Assembly: GCA_964276515.1 (NCBI GenBank) | Contig: OZ193909.1 | Span: 17,484,001 to 17,548,000 of the forward strand | Direction: 5' to 3' | Source: Gordius albopunctatus | Taxonomy: Eukaryota | DNA: 64,000 nt | Part shown: positions 1-8,585 of the stretch, one piece after another | Position numbering within the stretch: position 1 is the first letter of the stretch | Layout: every line of letters begins with the position of its first letter | The notes under the pieces: generated by a model | What the model was told of the DNA's origin: nothing | The model's database searches: none | The model's input: the letters and a program-made list of their open reading frames with translations, nothing else | Translations under genes and position numbers: made by a program

Positions 1-58
1 TAAATTTAAAAGGCTACCTTTTGGCTTAAGCATTTCAGCTGCTATTTTTCAGCGTGCT

Positions 59-2035
59 ATGGCGTCGATTTTTAGTAATTTAGACGGTATAATATTTTAT
101 TTGGACGATATATTAATAACGGGACGAACGAGAGATGAGCATGATTTGCGTCTTGTTCAGGTCTTGAATTTAATTAGTCTAAAAGATTTAAAAGTTTCAG
201 CTAAAAAATGTGTTTTTGGGACTGAACAAATTAGCTATTTAGGACATATTTTAAATAATGGTAATATTCAACCAAAGTATGACAAGATAGAAGCCATTAA
301 AAATGTTAAGTTGCCTACTAATAAAAAGGAACTATCGTCATTTATGGGTTTAATGAATTATTATAGTAAATTTATAAATAATTACACTGAATATGCTGGA
401 CCATTATACGAACTGACAAAAAAAGACGTCATATTTAAATGGAGTAAAAGTGATATTGAAAAATTTGATTTTTTGAAAAATATCTTGCTTAAAAAACCCA
501 TTTTAAGATGTTTTGATCCTAACAAACAACATATATTAAGGGTCGATGCGTCTAATATTGGTATTGGAGGCGCATTATGTCAGGTCGAGGATGGTATGGA
601 GCATCCAATTTTGTATTTTTCGCGTAAATTAAATAAAACAGAGGTCGGATATTCGGTTATAGAACGCGAGGCATTAGCGATGATTTACGGTTTACAGCGA
701 TGTCGCGAATATTTAATTGGCAAATCGTTTACTGTGATCACCGATCATAAGCCGCTTGTTGCTTTATTTAAAAAGGCGAACGCCGAACTATTAATGTCTC
801 CTAGATTACAACGTTGGCTTGTAATGTTGGGTAATTTTACATTAACCCTAAAATACGGCAAGGGAGAGGATAATCATTTGGCTGATGTACTATCGCGTTT
901 GGGCGCAGATAACATTGAGGCCGAAGATTTACCTTTGTCTTGTGATATTATAGGAGGACATGTAATCAATTCTTTGAATATTTTAGATTTAAATGATATT
1001 GTTAATGAAAGTAACAGGGACCCTGAAATATGTAAAGTAAAGAATATTTTGGCGGGCTTAGACGATAAAATTAATGTACCTATTCCTTTTAAACATATTT
1101 TGAACGAATTATATTTAGAAGATAATGTTCTTAAAAAGCATGAAAGGTTAGTGGTACCGATTAAGCTTCGTCAGGAAGTGCTAAAAATAGTACATCAGGG
1201 ACACTGTGGAATGGTTAAAATGAAAAGCTTGGCTAGACAATATGTCTGGTGGCCGCAGTTAACTAAAGATATCCAAAAATTCGTTAGGCAGTGTGAGCTT
1301 TGTAAGCTTGATGCACCGATGCCGCGTAGAAATAAAAAATCTAAGTGGCCTCGTCCTAAATTTCCATGGGAGCGTATACACATAGATTTTTTTGAATTAG
1401 ATAAAAAACGGTACATATTAATAGTAGATGCATTTTCCGGTTGGACGGAATTTAGAATTATATCAAATATATCTAGTAGAGTAACAATTACAATTTTGAG
1501 GGAATTGATAGGAAATTATGGGTTTCCAGAAATAATTGTTACGGATAATGGTAAAGCTTTTGTTAGCAACGAGTTTAAACAATTTTGTTTAAAATATAAA
1601 ATTAATCATATTTTAACTCCACCGTACCATCCAAGCTCTAATGGGCAGGTAGAAAGGTATGTAGGTATTGTTAAAAAATGGTTAAAAATAGCTAAAGTAA
1701 CGAAGGACGGAACGTGGTTATCTAAACTTTATCACAATATGTCACCACGGTATCCTAATCGTGCTCCGGTTAGCTATGAGTTTTTGAATCGTAAATTAAG
1801 GTACCCACCCGATTTGTTAAAGTTCACTGAACACCAAACATCGCCCAGTATTAGTGTGCCAAAGTTTAAGGTAAACCAAAGAGTTTGGTATCGAAACTAT
1901 TTGGGGAAACCTAAATGGGTGTTAGGTGTAATTATTGAACAATTAGGGACAAAAGTTTATAAAGTTAAGGACTCAAATGAAAATAAATTTGAAATTAGGC
2001 ACGCGGAACAATTAAAATTGTTTGATGCTATATGA
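59..2035 (+). CDS. pol: Gypsy Pol, 5'-truncated by the window edge (RT C-terminal part, RNase H, integrase)
   Basis: YLDD; RNase H DAS..GIGG and TDHKPL; integrase HQGH..CELC, IHIDFF / VTDNG / GQVER. Confidence 0.95.
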   Translation: MASIFSNLDGIIFYLDDILITGRTRDEHDLRLVQVLNLISLKDLKVSAKKCVFGTEQISYLGHILNNGNIQPKYDKIEAIKNVKLPTNKKELSSFMGLMNYYSKFINNYTEYAGPLYELTKKDVIFKWSKSDIEKFDFLKNILLKKPILRCFDPNKQHILRVDASNIGIGGALCQVEDGMEHPILYFSRKLNKTEVGYSVIEREALAMIYGLQRCREYLIGKSFTVITDHKPLVALFKKANAELLMSPRLQRWLVMLGNFTLTLKYGKGEDNHLADVLSRLGADNIEAEDLPLSCDIIGGHVINSLNILDLNDIVNESNRDPEICKVKNILAGLDDKINVPIPFKHILNELYLEDNVLKKHERLVVPIKLRQEVLKIVHQGHCGMVKMKSLARQYVWWPQLTKDIQKFVRQCELCKLDAPMPRRNKKSKWPRPKFPWERIHIDFFELDKKRYILIVDAFSGWTEFRIISNISSRVTITILRELIGNYGFPEIIVTDNGKAFVSNEFKQFCLKYKINHILTPPYHPSSNGQVERYVGIVKKWLKIAKVTKDGTWLSKLYHNMSPRYPNRAPVSYEFLNRKLRYPPDLLKFTEHQTSPSISVPKFKVNQRVWYRNYLGKPKWVLGVIIEQLGTKVYKVKDSNENKFEIRHAEQLKLFDAI

Positions 2036-2062
2036 TTATGTTCAACGTTTATTGTTATTCAG

Positions 2063-2530
2063 ATGAGAATTAATGCTGCCTGGTGCGACGTGGATTTAGA
2101 GGTGACATCCACGGCATCGAGGAACGAAAGAGTTCCAGTGTATATACTAATAAAAGTGGAGACGAACGAAAGTGCAAGATTGTTGAACTTGACGCACTCT
2201 CCGGGTCCGCCGAGACAGGTTGGGAGATCGTACGCACAAGGCTCAAGAGCCCCAAGACAACCAAGACAGGAAGAGGCTGCGGTCAGAAGTAGAGATACGA
2301 ACGAAGAGCAGCGACGAAACGTGTCTGGGAATCAACCGTTGCTGCGGCCTCCGATCTTGAAAAGAAAGAAGTGTTGGGGGTGTAAAAGCAAGCACTTGCC
2401 CCCAATGTGCTTCAAAGCAAAAACTGGTTCGGGGAAGAAAACTCAACTCAAAGATGTAGCAGAGCTGGAGTCCAGGGTGACTATGGACACCCTGACCTTG
2501 GACAGCCCCGGTCCTTCAACTTCCCAATAA
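2063..2530 (+). CDS. ORF3 of the retroelement (155 aa, basic, CX2CX3HX4C motif), copy 1
   Basis: Open ORF between the pol stop and the PPT; ATG immediately preceded by TTATTGTTATTCAG acceptor; KRKKCWGCKSKHLPPMC. Confidence 0.7.
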   Translation: MRINAAWCDVDLEVTSTASRNERVPVYILIKVETNESARLLNLTHSPGPPRQVGRSYAQGSRAPRQPRQEEAAVRSRDTNEEQRRNVSGNQPLLRPPILKRKKCWGCKSKHLPPMCFKAKTGSGKKTQLKDVAELESRVTMDTLTLDSPGPSTSQ

Positions 2531-2537
2531 TGGAAGG

Positions 2538-3509
2538 TGTGGTATACGTGTATACCACGATACCAGATGTTATAGTATACAGCGTTTTATTTAATGTCCG
2601 CGGTATAAGCGTGTTATTTAATGTTCGCGGTATACTTTGATCTTAATTAAAATTATTTTATTAATGTTAATGTAAAAGGGTTAACGAACGGTTCCGCAAT
2701 CCTTGTAATTAAAAAAAAGGAATTGGTCAAAAGAAGACACTTTTACCGCAGGTTAACCCAGACGCGGAAGTGGCTAATTCTCTTTGACGCTCTCTTTTTT
2801 TAATTACTTTTACTTTTTATTTTTAACTCAGCCACATCTGTTACTAATCTTTGCAGCCCCGTCTGAAGATTTGCTAATTCAATCAAGCCGACCACCCTGG
2901 GGAGATCCAACAGCTATAAAAGCGAAAATCTCACTTCACTAAAAAAGTCCTCGTAAATTTTTCCCCAGTCCTTCGAAGTTTTCCCCTAACTTTGTATTGT
3001 CCCCAAAAACCTTATAATTGTTTCCAATCCCTACGCCTTCGCTCTTTTACTATAATATTATTGAATTGTGTANNNNNNNNNNNNNNNNNNNNNNNNNNNN
3101 NNNNNNNNNNNNNNNNNNNNNNNNNNNNNNNNNNNNNNNNNNNNNNNNNNNNNNNNNNNNNNNNNNNNNNNNNNNNNNNNNNNNNNNNNNNNNNNNNNNN
3201 NNNNNNNNNNNNNNNNNNNNNNNNNNNNNNNNNNNNNNNNNNNNNNNNNNNNNNNNNNNNNNNNNNNNNNNNTCACTTCACTAAAAAAGTCCTCGTAAAT
3301 TTTTCCCCAGTCCTTCGAAGTTTTCCCCTAACTTTGTATTGTCCCCAAAAACCTTATAATTGTTTCCAATCCCTACGCCTTCGCTCTTTTACTATAATAT
3401 TATTGAATTGTGTAATTTAATCTTCGCGAATATTAATCTGTCTTTATCGTTGTAAATAAATTTGCATCTTTCTTTTATACTTAATTTTCTTTCGCCTTAG
3501 ACCGCCGTC
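2538..3509 (+). repeat. 3' LTR of plus-strand copy (contains the N gap and a 142-bp duplicated overlap; lacks the terminal CA)
   Basis: Starts TGTGGTATACG after purine tract AATAATGGAAGG (2526-2537); matches 8586-9217 reverse complement; TATAAAA at 2915, AATAAA at 3455. Confidence 0.9.
3073..3272. other. Assembly gap (200 N); flanks 2931-3072 and 3273-3414 are the same 142 bp
   Basis: Direct reading of both flanks. Confidence 0.98.
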
Positions 3510-3827
3510 TGCAAAGATTAGTAACAGATGTGGCTGAGTTAAAAATAAAAAGTAAAAGTAATTAAAAAAAGAGAGCGTCAAAGAGAATTAGCCACTTCCG
3601 CGTCTGGGTTAACCTGCGGTAAAAGTGTCTTCTTTTGACCAATTCCTTTTTTTTAATTACAAGGATTGCGGAACCGTTCGTTAACCCTTTTACATTAACA
3701 TTAATAAAATAATTTTAATTAAGATCAAAGTATACCGCGAACATTAAATAACACGCTTATACCGCGGACATTAAATAAAACGCTGTATACTATAACATCT
3801 GGTATCGTGGTATACACGTATACCACA
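3509..3827 (-). repeat. Truncated 3' LTR (first ~319 bp only)
   Basis: Matches 8899-9217 apart from a substitution at 3611 versus 9001. Confidence 0.92.
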
Positions 3828-3834
3828 CCTTCCA

Positions 3835-4302
3835 TTATTGGGAAGTTGAAGGACCGGGGCTGTCCAAGGTCAGGGTGTCCATAGTCACCCTGGACTCCAG
3901 CTCTGCTACATCTTTGAGTTGAGTTTTCTTCCCCGAACCAGTTTTTGCTTTGAAGCACATTGGGGGCAAGTGCTTGCTTTTACACCCCCAACACTTCTTT
4001 CTTTTCAAGATCGGAGGCCGCAGCAACGGTTGATTCCCAGACACGTTTCGTCGCTGCTCTTCGTTCGTATCTCTACTTCTGACCGCAGCCTCTTCCTGTC
4101 TTGGTTGTCTTGGGGCTCTTGAGCCTTGTGCGTACGATCTCCCAACCTGTCTCGGCGGACCCGGAGAGTGCGTCAAGTTCAACAATCTTGCACTTTCGTT
4201 CGTCTCCACTTTTATTAGTATATACACTGGAACTCTTTCGTTCCTCGATGCCGTGGATGTCACCTCTAAATCCACGTCGCACCAGGCAGCATTAATTCTC
4301 AT
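3835..4302 (-). CDS. ORF3 of the retroelement (155 aa), copy 2
   Basis: Identical translation to 2063-2530; acceptor AG at 4304-4303 abuts the ATG. Confidence 0.7.
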   Translation of the reverse strand: MRINAAWCDVDLEVTSTASRNERVPVYILIKVETNESARLLNLTHSPGPPRQVGRSYAQGSRAPRQPRQEEAAVRSRDTNEEQRRNVSGNQPLLRPPILKRKKCWGCKSKHLPPMCFKAKTGSGKKTQLKDVAELESRVTMDTLTLDSPGPSTSQ

Positions 4303-4329
4303 CTGAATAACAATAAACGTTGAACATAA

Positions 4330-7300
4330 TCATATAGCATCAAACAATTTTAATTGTTCCGCGTGCCTAATTTCAAATTTATTTTCATTTGAGTCCTTAA
4401 CTTTATAAACTTTTGTCCCTAATTGTTCAATAATTACACCTAACACCCATTTAGGTTTCCCCAAATAGTTTCGATACCAAACTCTTTGGTTTACCTTAAA
4501 CTTTGGCACACTAATACTGGGCGATGTTTGGTGTTCAGTGAACTTTAACAAATCGGGTGGGTACCTTAATTTACGATTCAAAAACTCATAGCTAACCGGA
4601 GCACGATTAGGATACCGTGGTGACATATTGTGATAAAGTTTAGATAACCACGTTCCGTCCTTCGTTACTTTAGCTATTTTTAACCATTTTTTAACAATAC
4701 CTACATACCTTTCTACCTGCCCATTAGAGCTTGGATGGTACGGTGGAGTTAAAATATGATTAATTTTATATTTTAAACAAAATTGTTTAAACTCGTTGCT
4801 AACAAAAGCTTTACCATTATCCGTAACAATTATTTCTGGAAACCCATAATTTCCTATCAATTCCCTCAAAATTGTAATTGTTACTCTACTAGATATATTT
4901 GATATAATTCTAAATTCCGTCCAACCGGAAAATGCATCTACTATTAATATGTACCGTTTTTTATCTAATTCAAAAAAATCTATGTGTATACGCTCCCATG
5001 GAAATTTAGGACGAGGCCACTTAGATTTTTTATTTCTACGCGGCATCGGTGCATCAAGCTTACAAAGCTCACACTGCCTAACGAATTTTTGGATATCTTT
5101 AGTTAACTGCGGCCACCAGACATATTGTCTAGCCAAGCTTTTCATTTTAACCATTCCACAGTGTCCCTGATGTACTATTTTTAGCACTTCCTGACGAAGC
5201 TTAATCGGTACCACTAACCTTTCATGCTTTTTAAGAACATTATCTTCTAAATATAATTCGTTCAAAATATGTTTAAAAGGAATAGGTACATTAATTTTAT
5301 CGTCTAAGCCCGCCAAAATATTCTTTACTTTACATATTTCAGGGTCCCTGTTACTTTCATTAACAATATCATTTAAATCTAAAATATTCAAAGAATTGAT
5401 TACATGTCCTCCTATAATATCACAAGACAAAGGTAAATCTTCGGCCTCAATGTTATCTGCGCCCAAACGCGATAGTACATCAGCCAAATGATTATCCTCT
5501 CCCTTGCCGTATTTTAGGGTTAATGTAAAATTACCCAACATTACAAGCCAACGTTGTAATCTAGGAGACATTAATAGTTCGGCGTTCGCCTTTTTAAATA
5601 AAGCAACAAGCGGCTTATGATCGGTGATCACAGTAAACGATTTGCCAATTAAATATTCGCGACATCGCTGTAAACCGTAAATCATCGCTAATGCCTCGCG
5701 TTCTATAACCGAATATCCGACCTCTGTTTTATTTAATTTACGCGAAAAATACAAAATTGGATGCTCCATACCATCCTCGACCTGACATAATGCGCCTCCA
5801 ATACCAATATTAGACGCATCGACCCTTAATATATGTTGTTTGTTAGGATCAAAACATCTTAAAATGGGTTTTTTAAGCAAGATATTTTTCAAAAAATCAA
5901 ATTTTTCAATATCACTTTTACTCCATTTAAATATGACGTCTTTTTTTGTCAGTTCGTATAATGGTCCAGCATATTCAGTGTAATTATTTATAAATTTACT
6001 ATAATAATTCATTAAACCCATAAATGACGATAGTTCCTTTTTATTAGTAGGCAACTTAACATTTTTAATGGCTTCTATCTTGTCATACTTTGGTTGAATA
6101 TTACCATTATTTAAAATATGTCCTAAATAGCTAATTTGTTCAGTCCCAAAAACACATTTTTTAGCTGAAACTTTTAAATCTTTTAGACTAATTAAATTCA
6201 AGACCTGAACAAGACGCAAATCATGCTCATCTCTCGTTCGTCCCGTTATTAATATATCGTCCAAATAAAATATTATACCGTCTAAATTACTAAAAATCGA
6301 CGCCATAGCACGCTGAAAAATAGCAGCTGAAATGCTTAAGCCAAAAGGTAGCCTTTTAAATTTAAAAAGTCCGGCCTCGGTATTAATTGTTAGGAGCCGC
6401 GATGACTTTTCATCTACCTGTAACTGCAAATAAGCATTGGCAAGGTCAATTTTTGAGAAAAATTTAGCGCCTATTAATTTAGCAAAAATAATTTCTAACC
6501 TAGGTAAGGGGTATTTTACCTCAATAATACATTTGTTTACCGTGATTCTATAATCAGCACAAACCCTAATTGTACCGTCAGTCTTCCTGACAGGTACTAA
6601 AGGTGTGGCCCATTCCGAATAGCCAATAGGTTCAATTACATTATCCTTTAACCATGTTTTAATTACCTCGTCGACCTTATTTTTTAAAATAAAAGGTACG
6701 CGTCTGGCAGAACAAAATTTAGGAATGGCATTTAAATCAACTCTAACCGAAAATATTTCGTCATTTAAACATCCTAAACCAGGTTCAAAAATTTTAGAGA
6801 ATTGGTTTTTTATATTATCAATCTTGGTGTGCCATGTTGTGACCAAATCAGACTTTGCCTCCAAATTAGCTAATTTATGGCATGTGGGTACCAAAGGTAC
6901 CCCGCACTTTAAATCGGCCTGAAAAATGGGTTGTTCTTGGCAGACGGGACCTCCCGAGTTATCTGATTTATGAGCTATGCGCTCTAACTCAGAATGAAAA
7001 ACGGGTGTGAAATCCCTGCACTGTGAACTACCTGACAACGCCTTCGACATCACCATGGACTTAACATCAACTTTCAAAATTTTGCGAGCATTACTTTTAT
7101 TACATAATCCCCACCATTGAATTTTGGGCCCAATTATCCTAATCCAGGACCAGCCCATTATGTTATCTACGTTCTCTTTAATAATAAATAAATCCAATTC
7201 GACTACAAATTCTGCCACTTTAACCAAAACATTAATTTTACCTAAAACAGTTATTAAAGTATTATCAAGTTGCTTAGCAATTATATTAGCAGTTTCAAAA

Positions 7301-7458
7301 TTTCGATCCGGCCAAAATTTTTTAAATGTTTTAAAACTAATAATGGATATTGCGGCGCCAGTATCTAATATAAATGTTAGCTTAAAATTATCGACATTTA
7401 CTATCACTAAAGGTGAAGCTGACGAATTTAAAACTTTATTTATATCTACCTTGCGCAT
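4330..7458 (-). CDS. pol: Gypsy Pol polyprotein (aspartic protease, RT, RNase H, integrase), intact, 1042 aa from first Met
   Basis: LDTGAAIS protease; WATPLVPV, IDLANAY, LPFGL, YLDD RT motifs; RNase H; HHCC and DDE integrase. Confidence 0.97.
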   Translation of the reverse strand: MRKVDINKVLNSSASPLVIVNVDNFKLTFILDTGAAISIISFKTFKKFWPDRNFETANIIAKQLDNTLITVLGKINVLVKVAEFVVELDLFIIKENVDNIMGWSWIRIIGPKIQWWGLCNKSNARKILKVDVKSMVMSKALSGSSQCRDFTPVFHSELERIAHKSDNSGGPVCQEQPIFQADLKCGVPLVPTCHKLANLEAKSDLVTTWHTKIDNIKNQFSKIFEPGLGCLNDEIFSVRVDLNAIPKFCSARRVPFILKNKVDEVIKTWLKDNVIEPIGYSEWATPLVPVRKTDGTIRVCADYRITVNKCIIEVKYPLPRLEIIFAKLIGAKFFSKIDLANAYLQLQVDEKSSRLLTINTEAGLFKFKRLPFGLSISAAIFQRAMASIFSNLDGIIFYLDDILITGRTRDEHDLRLVQVLNLISLKDLKVSAKKCVFGTEQISYLGHILNNGNIQPKYDKIEAIKNVKLPTNKKELSSFMGLMNYYSKFINNYTEYAGPLYELTKKDVIFKWSKSDIEKFDFLKNILLKKPILRCFDPNKQHILRVDASNIGIGGALCQVEDGMEHPILYFSRKLNKTEVGYSVIEREALAMIYGLQRCREYLIGKSFTVITDHKPLVALFKKANAELLMSPRLQRWLVMLGNFTLTLKYGKGEDNHLADVLSRLGADNIEAEDLPLSCDIIGGHVINSLNILDLNDIVNESNRDPEICKVKNILAGLDDKINVPIPFKHILNELYLEDNVLKKHERLVVPIKLRQEVLKIVHQGHCGMVKMKSLARQYVWWPQLTKDIQKFVRQCELCKLDAPMPRRNKKSKWPRPKFPWERIHIDFFELDKKRYILIVDAFSGWTEFRIISNISSRVTITILRELIGNYGFPEIIVTDNGKAFVSNEFKQFCLKYKINHILTPPYHPSSNGQVERYVGIVKKWLKIAKVTKDGTWLSKLYHNMSPRYPNRAPVSYEFLNRKLRYPPDLLKFTEHQTSPSISVPKFKVNQRVWYRNYLGKPKWVLGVIIEQLGTKVYKVKDSNENKFEIRHAEQLKLFDAI

Positions 7459-7488
7459 ATCAATGTAATTTGAATTATCTTGCGCTAG

Positions 7489-7992
7489 TCAATCAAACAC
7501 AGTTTGCCCATTAGCAACTGTTTGCGCGTGATTGACGTGTCCTCTACACTTATAACAAAATTTACCGTCCCCAACCTCTTTTGTGTTGTCGTAATTATTC
7601 GAAGTGGTGGGTGCGTTAAAACTTGGAACGTTTTTCTGGTTAAATCTATAGTCAGTGTAGGGTCTATGGGGTTGCGCATAATTATTAAAATTTTCTCTCG
7701 GACCCCGTTGTGCAAAATTTTCCGAAATATATCTGCAATTTCCCGTATTCCCCCTTTTAAAATATTTATTGTCACAATCCCTTTTGAGATGTCCCCGTTG
7801 CCCACATCCATAACATCTTATATTAGATTTAAAATTAGCCTTAAGTACAAAAACTTTTTCTATTTTCTTTAATTTATATAAGACAAATAAAACTAATATG
7901 CTTAAAATTGATATATATACAAGTAATTTATCTGCGCACAAATAATTAAAAAAATTGATACCAATTGACGGCGGCGTGTAAAAACCAAACAT
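7489..7992 (-). CDS. gag: Gag-position ORF (167 aa): hydrophobic segment plus CCHC zinc knuckle; in frame with pol
   Basis: LLVYISILSILVLFVLY followed by KLKK; CYGCGQRGHLKRDC (CX2CX4HX4C); ends TGA CTA G, then 10 open codons to the pol ATG. Confidence 0.75.
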   Translation of the reverse strand: MFGFYTPPSIGINFFNYLCADKLLVYISILSILVLFVLYKLKKIEKVFVLKANFKSNIRCYGCGQRGHLKRDCDNKYFKRGNTGNCRYISENFAQRGPRENFNNYAQPHRPYTDYRFNQKNVPSFNAPTTSNNYDNTKEVGDGKFCYKCRGHVNHAQTVANGQTVFD

Positions 7993-8567
7993 TATAAATT
8001 ACCAAATGCAATCAGAACTATATTTAAATTAATTAAACTAAATAATTTAAATAGAAATCAAATTCAATCAAACAGCAATTTAAATTAAATAAACTAAATA
8101 ATTTAAATAGAAAATCAAATTTAATTAAATAAAGCAATTTAATTAAAACCAAGCTTAATTAAGTAATCTAAACAAAAGTTTTCGTTTAATCAAAAATTAA
8201 TTAAGTAAATCAAACAAGAGTTTTCAAATAAATTAATTATCATAATGTATACAGTAACCATTTTATTAAACATAGACGTATATAATAATTATTTAATATA
8301 AGTATCACGATTAAAAGTAAAATTATCAAACATAAAAACCCTTTATCCATTATTATGCATAAATAGAAATATTCACCTCCTAATAACTTCAATATAATAT
8401 TTTACAACCGAACATTATATGATCAAATCTATTCCAATATTTTACAACAGAAATATTCGATCAGACCTTATATTCAATTATAATTATTTAAACCAACATT
8501 CAAATAAAAATCTTTTACTAAAAAAATTATTTTTACTTACGATTCCTTTTTTTTAAGAAGAGGGCGA

Positions 8568-8578
8568 TTCTGACACCA
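8568..8578 (-). promoter_or_regulatory. Primer-binding site, likely tRNA-Leu
   Basis: TGGTGTCAGAA 7 nt inside the 5' LTR end; resembles the complement of the tRNA-Leu 3' end. Confidence 0.75.
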
Positions 8579-8585
8579 AATTTAA

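Larger units (their letters stand above)
1..3509 (+). mobile_element. 3' half of Ty3/Gypsy LTR retrotransposon (RT-RH-IN, ORF3, 3' LTR); inverted copy of the element at 3509-9217
   Basis: Positions 1-2856 are the reverse complement of 3509-6364 (coordinate sum 6365); the translated pol and ORF3 are identical in the ORF track. Confidence 0.95.

Noticed and set aside
2063..2530. ORF3 as an envelope gene
   Set aside because: Too short, with no signal peptide and no transmembrane anchor
2863..2930. CTGAAGA...CGAAA in the LTR as a hammerhead ribozyme
   Set aside because: No closing stem II pair or stem I/III complementarity; the downstream part is better read as the TATA region
2931..3414. Apparent tandem duplication within the LTR and the X-rich ORFs
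   Set aside because: The same 142 bp flank the N gap; merging them restores a 630-bp LTR, so this is an unmerged assembly overlap
7485..7811. Overlapping 108-aa ORF or a frameshift route into pol
   Set aside because: It ends at a stop before pol and is not needed, since ORF1 is already in the pol frame
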